From Armatimonadota bacterium (GTDB lineage: Bacteria; Armatimonadota; Chthonomonadetes; Chthonomonadales; CAJBBX01), in NCBI GenBank assembly GCA_026392115.1, contig JAPLCQ010000089.1:2509-66508 (forward strand): a stretch of DNA of 64,000 nucleotides, given 5' to 3'. Position 1 is the first letter of the stretch. Each line of letters begins with the position of its first letter. The position numbers were made by a program, and so were the translations under genes. Of this stretch, positions 7,170 through 16,373 are shown piece by piece. A model generated the notes under the pieces. That model worked only from the letters and a program-made list of their open reading frames with translations. It was not told where the DNA came from and ran no database searches.

Positions 7170-8885
7170 CTACTTCGCCGCCATCTGGGCCTTGAAGACC
7201 TGGATGCCCAGCGTCCGATCGTCGTTGCCGGTGGCGGTCTTGCCCGGCACCCAGGCCTTCACGGTGATCTTCAGCTCCGCCTCCGACTTCCCGGCGGCGA
7301 GCGCCCTGGGGATGCGGAACTTCAACTCCTGTGCGCCGGCCTTGTCCAGCTTGACGCTTTCGCCGCCCACGATGGCGACGAGGCCGGTCGGGTCGGGCCT
7401 GGGGGTCGATATCCAGAGCGTCAGCTCGTAGTCGGTGTCGGGCAGAACGGGCAGGCGCAATCCGGCCTGGCCCATGGTCCAGCGGTGGCCCCTGGCGCCC
7501 GCCGGGCCGTTGCCCGAGGGCTCGGGGCCGTTCCAGTTGCCCGTCAGGTACTCGTCGCTGTCACCCAGGCCCAGTTCTATGGAGTAGGCCTTCGAGGCCG
7601 GCAGCGGCGAGGGGTAGGGCTCGTTGTCACGGATGATGGCCTTCTGGGCCGGGTCCTCGATCTGCACGCCGTTGGAGCCGTTGTTGCCGGTGATGATGGC
7701 GTGGCGCACACCCGCTCCGAGCCGGATGCCCAACTTGCCCACGAAGCTGCTGCCCTGCACCTGTAGGCGGCCCGAGCGCGCGTCGATGGCGGGCAGCCCT
7801 TCGGCCTTGGCGTCCCATCCGCTGAAGTAGCATCCCGTGAAGCCCACGAACGAACGTCCGCGCAGGTCGGCGATGGTGCGGAAGCTGCCCCAGTAGTTGC
7901 AGTTCACCAGACGCACCTGGCCGGTGCAGGTCTCACTGACCACCAGGCCCCGCGGGTTGGTCCCGTTGAACGAGACGAACTGGCCGTTGGTGATGAGCAG
8001 ACCCATGGGCTGTACCTGGTCGACCTGCACCGCCACCTGCGAGGCGTCCGAGCCGTTGCCGCTGAACTGGCCGTTGCAGGCGCCCGCCTTGGTCTCGATG
8101 AAGCGGTAGCCGATGTTGGTGGGGAAGACGAAGTTGTTCGTCACGAACTCCCAGTCGGTGCGGCCGAAGACGAAGGCTTCCAGGTTCTTCCACATGTACT
8201 CGAAGACCGGCTCCCACGCGCCGCCCACGGAGGGGTCCGACCACCAGTGGCAGTGGAACTGCACGTTCTCAACCCGGCCGATGTCGCTGCAGGCGTCCAC
8301 CAGGATGCCCCGCCGCAGGGCGCAGCCGTAGACGCTCCGGATGCGGTGGCGCACGTTGCCTTCGGGACCGACCCGGATCGCGTTGTAGCTGTTGATGAGC
8401 GTAACGCTCTCCACGGTGTTGTCGCCGCCCTGCAGGTGGAAGGTCCAGGAGTAGGGGCGAATGGCCGTGGGCTTCTGCTCGGGGTAGTAGACCGTGAGGC
8501 CCTGCACCGTGGAGCTGTCTCCCATCTCGAAGAGCGCCGGTCCGTCCTCTTTGTCGCGCCCGCCCGTGGCGAGCACCACGCTGCCCAGCAGCGGCTTGAT
8601 GTAGAGCGGCGCCACGGCGACGCCCACCACGGCCACGCCGGGCTTCACGCTCAGGCTGCCCGAGACCAGGTACTTGCCCGCCGCCAGCCGCACCTGCCCG
8701 CCCTTTTCGGCGGCCTTGTCGATGGCGGCCTGAATCGCCTTGGTGCAGTCGGTCACCCCATCAGGACGGGCGCCGAACGCCTCTACCTCAAAGACGCCGC
8801 CCAGCGCCGGGGCCGCTGGGGCTTGCGGCGCCTGCGGCGCCGACGAGATGAGTGCAAGCACGAGCAACGAGACGAGTGAAACCAT
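7170..8885 (-). CDS. Secreted right-handed beta-helix glycoside hydrolase (pectate-lyase-superfamily fold, GH55/GH28-like)
   Basis: Signal peptide is followed by FGARPDGVTDCTKAIQAAIDKAAEKGGQVRLAAGKYLVSG, the typical N-terminal motif of pectate-lyase-superfamily proteins. The rest is long and beta-strand-rich. Confidence 0.8.
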   Translation of the reverse strand: MVSLVSLLVLALISSAPQAPQAPAAPALGGVFEVEAFGARPDGVTDCTKAIQAAIDKAAEKGGQVRLAAGKYLVSGSLSVKPGVAVVGVAVAPLYIKPLLGSVVLATGGRDKEDGPALFEMGDSSTVQGLTVYYPEQKPTAIRPYSWTFHLQGGDNTVESVTLINSYNAIRVGPEGNVRHRIRSVYGCALRRGILVDACSDIGRVENVQFHCHWWSDPSVGGAWEPVFEYMWKNLEAFVFGRTDWEFVTNNFVFPTNIGYRFIETKAGACNGQFSGNGSDASQVAVQVDQVQPMGLLITNGQFVSFNGTNPRGLVVSETCTGQVRLVNCNYWGSFRTIADLRGRSFVGFTGCYFSGWDAKAEGLPAIDARSGRLQVQGSSFVGKLGIRLGAGVRHAIITGNNGSNGVQIEDPAQKAIIRDNEPYPSPLPASKAYSIELGLGDSDEYLTGNWNGPEPSGNGPAGARGHRWTMGQAGLRLPVLPDTDYELTLWISTPRPDPTGLVAIVGGESVKLDKAGAQELKFRIPRALAAGKSEAELKITVKAWVPGKTATGNDDRTLGIQVFKAQMAAK

Positions 8886-9103
8886 GGCTCCGGCCTCCTT
8901 CGGCGGCTACGGCTTCGCGCGGTGCGGCGCAACCGGCCTGTCCCTTAGGTTCGGCACGAGGCGCCGACGCTCCTGCCGGCGGCGCCGAGGGAACTCCCGT
9001 CCGCATCGGTCGCCATGCCAGGCGCTTGCGTACCTTTTGCCATTGGAGGAGCAGGCGTAGCATTGGTTGGGGTGTCCGCACCCTTACGCTCGACTGCGGC
9101 TAG

Positions 9104-9148
9104 GCCGCTCATTTCGATCAGGAGCACATCTGAATTCAGGAGGCTTGT
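9104..9148 (+). promoter_or_regulatory. Conserved ~45-nt upstream/leader motif, copy 2, containing the SD of the RCC1 gene
   Basis: GCCGCTCATTTCGATCAGGAGCACATCTGAATTCAGGAGGCTTGT. See copy 1 at 1323..1369 (-). A weaker third match lies at 20921..20956 (+). Confidence 0.35.
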
Positions 9149-11171
9149 GTTGAGCGACACTTTGAGAAAGATGCTATCCACCGCCGTGCTATGCCTGTGC
9201 GTGGGCGCCCTCGCGGCCCACGCGCTGGCGGCGGGCGAGGTCAAGGCCTGGGGCGACAACGCCTTCGGCGGCCTTGGCGACGGGTCCACCACGAACCGGT
9301 CGACACCCGTGGCGACCTCGGGGCTTACCGATGTAACCGCGGTCGCCGGTGGCGACGGCTTCAGCCTGGCCCTCCGGTACGACAGCACGGTCTGGGCCTG
9401 GGGCTACAACGCCGACGGCGAACTCGGCATCGGCACCAACGTCGGCAAGCTGACGCCCGTACAGATTCCCAGCCTCTCCAACGTCGTCGCCATCACCTCG
9501 TGCAACCACCACAGCCTGGCGCTGAAGTCCGACGGCACCGTCTGGGCGTGGGGCAAGAACACGTACGGCCAACTGGGCGACGGCACCACCACCGACCGCT
9601 GGGCGCCGGTGAAGGTGACCGGCCTGAGCGATGTGAAGTCCATCGCCACGGGCGTCAACCACTCGCTGGCAAGCACCAACGGCGGTATCGCCTACGCCTG
9701 GGGCCGCAACGAGGCCGGGCAGGTCGGCGACGGCTCCACCACCAACCGGCCGACCGCCGTGCAGGTGGCGACCATCACCAACGTCAAGGCCGTCTCGTCG
9801 CATGGCAACCTCCACAGCCTGGCCCTGCTGAACGACGGCACGGTCTGGGCCTGTGGCAACAACTTCAACGGCCAGCTGGGCATCGGCACCACGTCGAACC
9901 AGCTGACCCCCGCGATGATCCCCTCGTTCACCAACGTGAAGGCCATCGCCGGCGGCCACATCCACGGAATCGCGCTGAAGAACGACGGCACCGTCTACGG
10001 ATGGGGCTACAACAACAACGGCAGCGTCGGCGACGGTACGACCACCAAGCGCCTCTCCCCGGTCCTGGTCTCCGGCATCTCCGGCATCACCAAGATCGCT
10101 ACCGGTTTCTACCAGTCCTTCGCGCTGAAGTCGGACGGCACCCTCTACGGATGGGGCAAGAATTTCAACTGGCAGCTGGGCGACGGCACGTATGACGACC
10201 GCGTCAGCCCGATCATCGTATCGACCGGTTCCGCGGTGGCGGATATCGCGGGGGGCTGCATCCACAGCCTGGCCAGCACGACCGCCGGCAGCAAGATCAA
10301 CACGTCGACCTTCGTGATCGACCGCACCGGCATCATCACCACCACCATCCCGCTGAAGGCATACCTCAGGCGGCTCTCGGACAACGCCTGGCTCTCGGGC
10401 AAGGCGGTGGCGTTCAAGGTGGAGGGCACCGACGTCGGGTCGGCCAACACCAGCGCCTCCGGCGAGGCGGCCCTGAACTGGACCATCACCGCCGGAGCCG
10501 CTAGCCGCACCGTTCGCGCCGACTTCGCGGGGGATGCCGGCTACAACGCCTCCTTCGGCACGGCCACGCTGACGTCACAGACGATCGCCAGCAAGGTCTA
10601 CGTGGTTGATCGGACCCAGAAGATCAAGCAGTACATCGTTCTGAAGGTCTACCTCTACACCCTGGCCAACGTCATCATCACCGGCAAGCCCATCACCGTC
10701 AAGGTCGACGGCACAACCATCGGCACGAGCAACACCAACGCCTCGGGCTACGTGCAGTGGGGTTACACGGTGCCGGAGGGTTCCGGCGCGGGCCTGCGGA
10801 CCACGAACGGCGCCTTTGCTGGCGATGGCGGCTACCTGGCCTCGTCGAACAACGGCAAGCTCACGGTAACCAAGGGCGACCTCTACATCTGGCCCTACAT
10901 CCGGTCGGGCAAGCGCGGCGTCAGCCATCCGCTTCGGGCCTATGTACGCAGCCTGCCTGACTACGTGATCCAGCCCGGCAAGTCGATCACGTTCAAGGTG
11001 AACGGCTCCACCATCGGCACGACCGCCGTCGCCGCCGACGGATGGGCCACCGTGAACTGGGCGATCCCGGCCCTGGAGCCCGTCGGCGCCCACACCGGCG
11101 CCGCCGAGTTCGCGGGCGATGCGTGGTATTCGGCCGTAACGGCGACCACCACGTTCAACGTCGTCCTGTAG
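9147..11171 (+). CDS. Secreted RCC1-repeat protein with three C-terminal Ig-like modules
   Basis: Repeated WG.N..GQLGDG(T/S)T motifs over about 370 aa. The start is chosen at GTG 9147 (or TTG 9150) just after AGGAGG, giving the signal peptide LSDTLRKMLSTAVLCLCVGALAAHALA. The upstream part of ORF 9015.. is discarded. Confidence 0.85.
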   Translation: MLSDTLRKMLSTAVLCLCVGALAAHALAAGEVKAWGDNAFGGLGDGSTTNRSTPVATSGLTDVTAVAGGDGFSLALRYDSTVWAWGYNADGELGIGTNVGKLTPVQIPSLSNVVAITSCNHHSLALKSDGTVWAWGKNTYGQLGDGTTTDRWAPVKVTGLSDVKSIATGVNHSLASTNGGIAYAWGRNEAGQVGDGSTTNRPTAVQVATITNVKAVSSHGNLHSLALLNDGTVWACGNNFNGQLGIGTTSNQLTPAMIPSFTNVKAIAGGHIHGIALKNDGTVYGWGYNNNGSVGDGTTTKRLSPVLVSGISGITKIATGFYQSFALKSDGTLYGWGKNFNWQLGDGTYDDRVSPIIVSTGSAVADIAGGCIHSLASTTAGSKINTSTFVIDRTGIITTTIPLKAYLRRLSDNAWLSGKAVAFKVEGTDVGSANTSASGEAALNWTITAGAASRTVRADFAGDAGYNASFGTATLTSQTIASKVYVVDRTQKIKQYIVLKVYLYTLANVIITGKPITVKVDGTTIGTSNTNASGYVQWGYTVPEGSGAGLRTTNGAFAGDGGYLASSNNGKLTVTKGDLYIWPYIRSGKRGVSHPLRAYVRSLPDYVIQPGKSITFKVNGSTIGTTAVAADGWATVNWAIPALEPVGAHTGAAEFAGDAWYSAVTATTTFNVVL

Positions 11172-11181
11172 AGCCCGAAGC

Positions 11182-11221
11182 CGCCGCCCCCGGTTGGCCG
11201 TCAGACCGACCGGTGGCGGCG
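11182..11221. terminator. Imperfect hairpin between convergent genes
   Basis: cgccgcccccggttgg (8-nt loop) ccgaccggtggcggcg, with two mismatches in a 16-bp stem. No clear U-tract. Confidence 0.4.
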
Positions 11222-11238
11222 TCGCCCTTCGTCCCCCC

Positions 11239-12843
11239 TCACCTTCCGGGCGGCGCCGGCATCTTGCCCGCCTGGAGCAGCCCCGTTACATCCGTCAGGC
11301 CGTACGGCGCGTTGGCCGTCGAGTAGTAGCTCCGGTCCGGCAGCAGCGGGTAGTGCGCGCCGAAGAGGCGGGTCAGCACCAGCCGGAACGTGTTGACGGG
11401 CGAGATCGACGGGTACAGGTACTTCCGAACGGCCTCGGGCGCCCGGTAGGCGTTGAGGATCGAGTAGGGCTCCTGAACGTCGGTCAGCTCCAGGCTCTCC
11501 CAGTCGAGGTTCATCCGTGAGCCGTGGTCGCCCTGCACGATGATCACCGGCGGCCGTCGTGACTGCCGGATGATCTGGTCGATAGCCTCCAGCGTGCGTT
11601 TGTTGATGTACTGCAGCTGGTCGATGTAGCCCCGGCGGTACTGCTCCCGCGAGATGCCTTGCAGCAGCCGTGATCCATCGTCGGCCGAGTAACCCCGGTC
11701 GGTCTTGACCTCCGCGCCGTCCGGCATGAAGGTGAACGGCGGGTGCGGCGCCATGATATGCGCGAAGACGAACTTGCGGTAGGGGAGCTTGGCCACCGTG
11801 CCGAGGTGCTTGAAGGCCGCAAGCACCATGTCGCGGTGCCGCCGGAAGCCGCCGACGCTCGCGTTCGTTGCGACATCCAGCGCGCTCAGACCCAGCACCT
11901 GTCCCTCGAACGACGAGACCCCCGTATCGCTGTCGAGCATGAGGTCGGCCGTCTCCACGCGGGACTGGCCGGCGCCCGTCCATATGTAGATGTACTTCAG
12001 GCCCGCGGCTCGGAACTCGTCGGCGACGCGGTTCCGGTCGATCATCGCCCGCAGCGGCTCCATGTCGGTGGCGGCCGGCCCCATCCGCTTCGCCAGGCCG
12101 TCGAGGTACTCCAGGTTCACCACACTGGCCAGGCAGAGGGGCGTCTGCTCGTAGTTGGCCCGGCTCTCCCGGGTGATGGTGAAGCCGCGCTTCTCCAGCT
12201 CCCGCAGGAAGGGCTCGTTGTCGTAGCCGTAGTAGGCGCGCAGGGCGTCGGCACGACCGTAGGCGTCCAGCACGATGTAGTAGACATCGGGCTTGACGGC
12301 GGCAACGGCCGAGGGGATCGGCCTGACGCGCCCCATCGGAACCGTGGGTATCGCCTGCGCGCGGCGGGGCGGCCCGGGCCGCATCGGCCGCGCGCCCGCC
12401 GCGATCGCCCAGCACGAAGGCGCCACGAGCGCGATGGACGCCACGTTCAACGCCGACGTCAGCGTCGACATGGAGCCCTTGCGCCGCCAGACGCCGGCCA
12501 CCAGCGCCGCCATCCCGATGGCGAAGAGGGGGACGATCCATCCGTGCAGCCCCGGCGGCGCCAGGTTGCGCGCATGGCCGTAGGAGAAGAAGACCAGCAC
12601 CGCGCACGAGGCCACGGTCGCCCCCTTGTGGGCGTCGCGCGAGAGCAGGCCCACGATCAGCCAGACGGCGCAGGTGGCCGCCAGGGTGACACCGATCGGG
12701 CGGAGAAGCTCCGGCGGGGTGATCTGACCGAGGTTGCGCGCATAGAGCGCGAGGATGGGATAGACCGCGGCGATGACCGGGTGGATGATCCAGCCTCGGC
12801 CCGTGTGACGGCTTGGGCCGTCGTCGCGTGGTTCTGACGACAT
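11239..12843 (-). CDS. Membrane-anchored sulfatase-like (alkaline-phosphatase superfamily, LTA-synthase-like) protein
   Basis: Several N-terminal hydrophobic segments, then VYYIVLDAYGRAD, FAHIMAPHPPF and IIVQGDHGS motifs. Confidence 0.75.
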   Translation of the reverse strand: MSSEPRDDGPSRHTGRGWIIHPVIAAVYPILALYARNLGQITPPELLRPIGVTLAATCAVWLIVGLLSRDAHKGATVASCAVLVFFSYGHARNLAPPGLHGWIVPLFAIGMAALVAGVWRRKGSMSTLTSALNVASIALVAPSCWAIAAGARPMRPGPPRRAQAIPTVPMGRVRPIPSAVAAVKPDVYYIVLDAYGRADALRAYYGYDNEPFLRELEKRGFTITRESRANYEQTPLCLASVVNLEYLDGLAKRMGPAATDMEPLRAMIDRNRVADEFRAAGLKYIYIWTGAGQSRVETADLMLDSDTGVSSFEGQVLGLSALDVATNASVGGFRRHRDMVLAAFKHLGTVAKLPYRKFVFAHIMAPHPPFTFMPDGAEVKTDRGYSADDGSRLLQGISREQYRRGYIDQLQYINKRTLEAIDQIIRQSRRPPVIIVQGDHGSRMNLDWESLELTDVQEPYSILNAYRAPEAVRKYLYPSISPVNTFRLVLTRLFGAHYPLLPDRSYYSTANAPYGLTDVTGLLQAGKMPAPPGR

Positions 12844-12860
12844 GCCGGCGCCTCCTGTTT

Positions 12861-14294
12861 CTAGTTGAAGTGCGGCGCGGAGTCGCGGCCCTCGATGTGC
12901 GCCGCCATGGGCCGGGCCCGCAGCAGGAAGAGCGATCGTTGGGAGCCCGCCACGTCGGCCGTCCGCACGGTCTCAAAGTGCGGCTCGAAGGCCGCCTCGA
13001 AGCCCTCCCGCGTGTAGCCGTCGAAGACGTCGGGCCGGCTGGCGAGGAGCCGCCGCACCTGCGAGTCGGACTTCGGCACGAACTCGACGATGAGCCACTT
13101 TCCCGCGTCCTGGAGGAACCGCGCCACCGCCGGCAGGGGCACGTTGTTGCCGATGGCGAGGTGGTGCACCAGCGCCAGCGCCAGCACGGCGTCGGCGGGG
13201 CCGCGCTGCAGCAGCGAGCGGCGCTCCTCGGATGCCCAGCCGAGGCCGGGGCTGGGGCTGGTGAGGTCCTGCACCAACGGCAAGATGCGCGTGGCGCCGG
13301 ACTTGCGGCACTCCAGGTAGTTGCGCTCCACGGCCGCGGGGTCCACGTCCCACGCCACCACGTCGGCGCCGCGCTCGGCCGCCACGCGGCTGAAGGCTCC
13401 GGTGTTGGCCCCCAGATCCCATACGGCGCGGGGCGCGGGCGACACGGCGTCCAGCATCTCGCCCACGAGCCGGCGCTTGTCCTCCATGGCCGCGTCGGTG
13501 TAGTTCGTGTGGCCGTAGTAGTCCGCCCACTCGGTCCCTTCGGGTTGCCAGTTGAGCTTGCGGATCGTCCCCTCGAGGCTGTCCAGCAGGCCCAGGATGG
13601 CCGTCCGGCTCACGGTCCGCCCGGCGGAGCGCCGCTGCGCCTCGCCGTCGCCGCACCGCTTCTGGGCGCCGCCGTGGAGGTGGATGTGCGCCAGCAGGCC
13701 CGGGTTGAGCTTGCTGGAGCCCGGCAGGAGGCGCGCCACCAGATCGAGCGGGATGCCGTCGACGTAGAGGCGCAGCAACTGCCCCTGGCGGATGTCGACG
13801 CGGCTCATCAGCGCCAGCGGCGCCAGGAAGTGCCGGCAGAACTGGCCATAGGCCGCCCACGGCGCGCCCTCTTCGTACCGCTCGAACGAGAGCGTGTCGA
13901 TGAAGACGGGGCGGCCGGCCACGAACTGCACATTGTAGGCGCTGGCGTCCTTCAGTCCGAGGCCGCGACCCAGGGCCGTTTTCTGGATCTGCAGCGTGGC
14001 CAGGGCGGCGTCCTTCAGCTGGCTGAAGCACCACTCGTATGGATACGAGATGAACGGCACCGGCTCGGGCTCGAGCACGCGGTAGGCCCCCGGCGAGATC
14101 GCCGCCGAAGCGTCGACCTCGCGGTGCCGCACCAGAAGCCCGGAGTCGGCCAGCGTATCGTAGAGCCCGGAGCCCAGGAGCAGGTCGTAGTCGCGGCCGT
14201 AGCGCGGCTGCACCTGCCGGTACAGGACGCCGTCGCGCCGGAAGACGAACCCGCTGGGGTCCCTGAAGGACGCCGGGTCGACGCTCACGCTCAT
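12861..14294 (-). CDS. Class I SAM-dependent methyltransferase with an N-terminal accessory domain
   Basis: VWDLGANTGAFSRVAAERGADVVAWDVD is SAM motif I. The start is placed at ATG 14294, which overlaps the upstream small gene's stop (ATGA). Confidence 0.8.
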   Translation of the reverse strand: MSVSVDPASFRDPSGFVFRRDGVLYRQVQPRYGRDYDLLLGSGLYDTLADSGLLVRHREVDASAAISPGAYRVLEPEPVPFISYPYEWCFSQLKDAALATLQIQKTALGRGLGLKDASAYNVQFVAGRPVFIDTLSFERYEEGAPWAAYGQFCRHFLAPLALMSRVDIRQGQLLRLYVDGIPLDLVARLLPGSSKLNPGLLAHIHLHGGAQKRCGDGEAQRRSAGRTVSRTAILGLLDSLEGTIRKLNWQPEGTEWADYYGHTNYTDAAMEDKRRLVGEMLDAVSPAPRAVWDLGANTGAFSRVAAERGADVVAWDVDPAAVERNYLECRKSGATRILPLVQDLTSPSPGLGWASEERRSLLQRGPADAVLALALVHHLAIGNNVPLPAVARFLQDAGKWLIVEFVPKSDSQVRRLLASRPDVFDGYTREGFEAAFEPHFETVRTADVAGSQRSLFLLRARPMAAHIEGRDSAPHFN

Positions 14295-14518
14295 CCCTGG
14301 TGGCGCTTCTTCCCATGGTTGTGCGCCGCGATCATCACCGCCGTGCGCTCCCGCAGGCGGTGCCACTGGGTCTTGAGCGTAAAGACGGCCGCCAGAATCC
14401 CCGCGAGGCCGATCTGCAGCATGTAGCTTCCGCTACCGGGGTCGATGTACGCATGGGCCGGGGCGCTGGTGATGATGAGCAAGCCGACGATGAAAACGAT
14501 AGGCATGGCAGTTTGCAT
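14291..14518 (-). CDS. Small membrane protein (75 aa) with an IDPGSGS motif
   Basis: ATG 14518 follows aaggaaggg. MQTAMPIVFIVGLLIITSAPAHAYIDPGSGSYMLQIGLAGILAAVFTL has two hydrophobic helices. It is coupled to the methyltransferase gene. Confidence 0.6.
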   Translation of the reverse strand: MQTAMPIVFIVGLLIITSAPAHAYIDPGSGSYMLQIGLAGILAAVFTLKTQWHRLRERTAVMIAAHNHGKKRHQG

Positions 14519-14792
14519 CCCTTCCTTGGGTCGGCAGTCCGCCGGATACGCATCGGGCCAGGCTGCGATACTCACAGACGGCGGGTCACCGATCCGGGAA
14601 CACCCCCGCGACCGCGCCGTCACGCCTCCGCACCGTTGCGGAGCCCGCCTACGCACCTATAACCACCCGATCCGGCGCCAGGTTTCCGCCCGTCGCACCC
14701 CGCCGCGAGGGCGTCACCAGCGCCCCGGCAGGGCCGTCTAGTACAATAGGCGGGCGTTCGGCGGCCCGTCGCCCTCTGCCATACCCGCGCCC

Positions 14793-16289
14793 ATGGAGGT
14801 CCCGGTGATTCGCATCCTCTCAGCCGTCGTCCTTGCCGCCGCACTGACCTCGGCCGGCGCCGCGCCCTACCCGGCCGATCCAGTCGCCGCCGCGCTCAAG
14901 GCAGCCGGCAAGAACCGCGCCGAAATCCAGCGCGTCCTCACGCGCTACGCCGGCGACGCGCAGAAGCTCGAGGCCGCCCGGAGCCTCCTTTCGAGCATCA
15001 TCGGCAAGGCGTACAAGGTCGTGACCCAGGTGGACGCCCGCGGCCGCAAGGTCGATTTCGACTGCCTCCGCTACCCCAACCTCGAGGCGGCCATGCAGGC
15101 CTACGAGGCGCTGGAGAAGCAGCACGGCGCCCTCAGCGACCGCCCGACGCCGACGTTTGACCTGGCAACGCTGAAGGCCGACTTCCTCATCGACCACATC
15201 GACCGGGCCTTCGCCGCATGGAAGACGCTGCCCTGGGCCCGCGAGGTGACCTGGGAGACCTTCCGCGACTACGTGCTGCCCTACCGGGCCGGCAAGGAGC
15301 CCGCCGAGGCCTGGCGCGGCGAACTGATGGCCCGCTACGCCGACCTGCCCGGCAAGATGAAGGACCCCGCCGACCTGCGCGAGGCCGCGGGCCTCATCAA
15401 CGGCGACCTGGGCGGCTGGGTGGGCTTCTGGGACCTCTACTACATGCACCCCACCGAGCAGGGCTTCTCAGAGATGAAGTTGAGCCGCAAGGGCCGCTGC
15501 GGCGACCTGAGCAACCTGGCCATGTTCGCCCTCCGTGCCAACGGCATCCCCTGCGCCACGGACTACACGCCCTACTGGGCCGATGCGGGCAACAACCACG
15601 CCTGGCCCGTGACGCTTGACGCCCAGGGGCGCGGCCACGACAGCGTGGGCAAGGCAGCCAAGATCTACCGCAAGACCTTCGCCAACCACGCCGAGAACCT
15701 CTGCTACCAGCGCGGCGCCGCAGAGATCATCCCGGCCTGGCTGGACCGTCCAGACTATGTCGACGTCACCGCGCAGTACCTTCCCACCACCGACGTGACG
15801 CTGGCCCTCGGCGGCCCGCGGGCCCGCGCCGCCCACGCCTACCTCTGCGTCTTCAACGACGGCGAGTGGCGGCCGATCCAGTGGGGCGCGGCGCGGCAGG
15901 GGCGGGTCGCCTTCGCGGCCATGGGCCGGAACATCGCCTACCTGCCCGCCACGTTCGGCAAGGCTGGCGTGCAGGCCGCGGGCCCGCCCTTCATCCTGAC
16001 ACCGGAGGGGCAGGTGCGCCCGCTGCCGGCCTCCGCCGCGTTGCCGTCGGCCATCACCGTCGCCGCCACCGGCCGGGGAGCCGAGGGCTACCGGCTCGCC
16101 ACGGGCAAGGTCTACGAGCTCTTCGTCTACGACGGCGGCTGGCGCTCGCTGGGCAAGCAGACCGCCGAAGGCAAGCCGCTCACCTTCGCCGACGCGCCCT
16201 CCGGCGGCCTCTACTGGCTCGTGGAAGAGGGCTCCCGCCGCGAGGAGCGCATCTTCACCGTGGAGGCCGGCAAGCAGGCCTGGTGGTAG
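14793..16289 (+). CDS. Secreted transglutaminase-like (papain-fold) protein
   Basis: GRCGDLSNLAMFALRANGIPCATDY...NNHAWPV is the transglutaminase-core Cys...His pattern. The true start may be GTG 14805, which lies 5 nt after GGAGG. Confidence 0.8.
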   Translation: MEVPVIRILSAVVLAAALTSAGAAPYPADPVAAALKAAGKNRAEIQRVLTRYAGDAQKLEAARSLLSSIIGKAYKVVTQVDARGRKVDFDCLRYPNLEAAMQAYEALEKQHGALSDRPTPTFDLATLKADFLIDHIDRAFAAWKTLPWAREVTWETFRDYVLPYRAGKEPAEAWRGELMARYADLPGKMKDPADLREAAGLINGDLGGWVGFWDLYYMHPTEQGFSEMKLSRKGRCGDLSNLAMFALRANGIPCATDYTPYWADAGNNHAWPVTLDAQGRGHDSVGKAAKIYRKTFANHAENLCYQRGAAEIIPAWLDRPDYVDVTAQYLPTTDVTLALGGPRARAAHAYLCVFNDGEWRPIQWGAARQGRVAFAAMGRNIAYLPATFGKAGVQAAGPPFILTPEGQVRPLPASAALPSAITVAATGRGAEGYRLATGKVYELFVYDGGWRSLGKQTAEGKPLTFADAPSGGLYWLVEEGSRREERIFTVEAGKQAWW

Positions 16290-16299
16290 GCCGGGTTGC

Positions 16300-16366
16300 C
16301 ACCGGCGTCAACGGTGTCGGGCCTTTGACGGGGTTGACCCTGTTGAAGTTGTTGTCGGTGTGACCG
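16300..16366. repeat. Dispersed nonamer-array repeat, copy a
   Basis: caccggcgtcaacggtgtcgggcctttgacggggttgaccctgttgaagttgttgtcggtg uses the same GTCAACGG/TTGACCNTG units as 48696.., 50076.., 51495.. and 60739.. Confidence 0.6.
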
Positions 16367-16373
16367 CGGAGAA

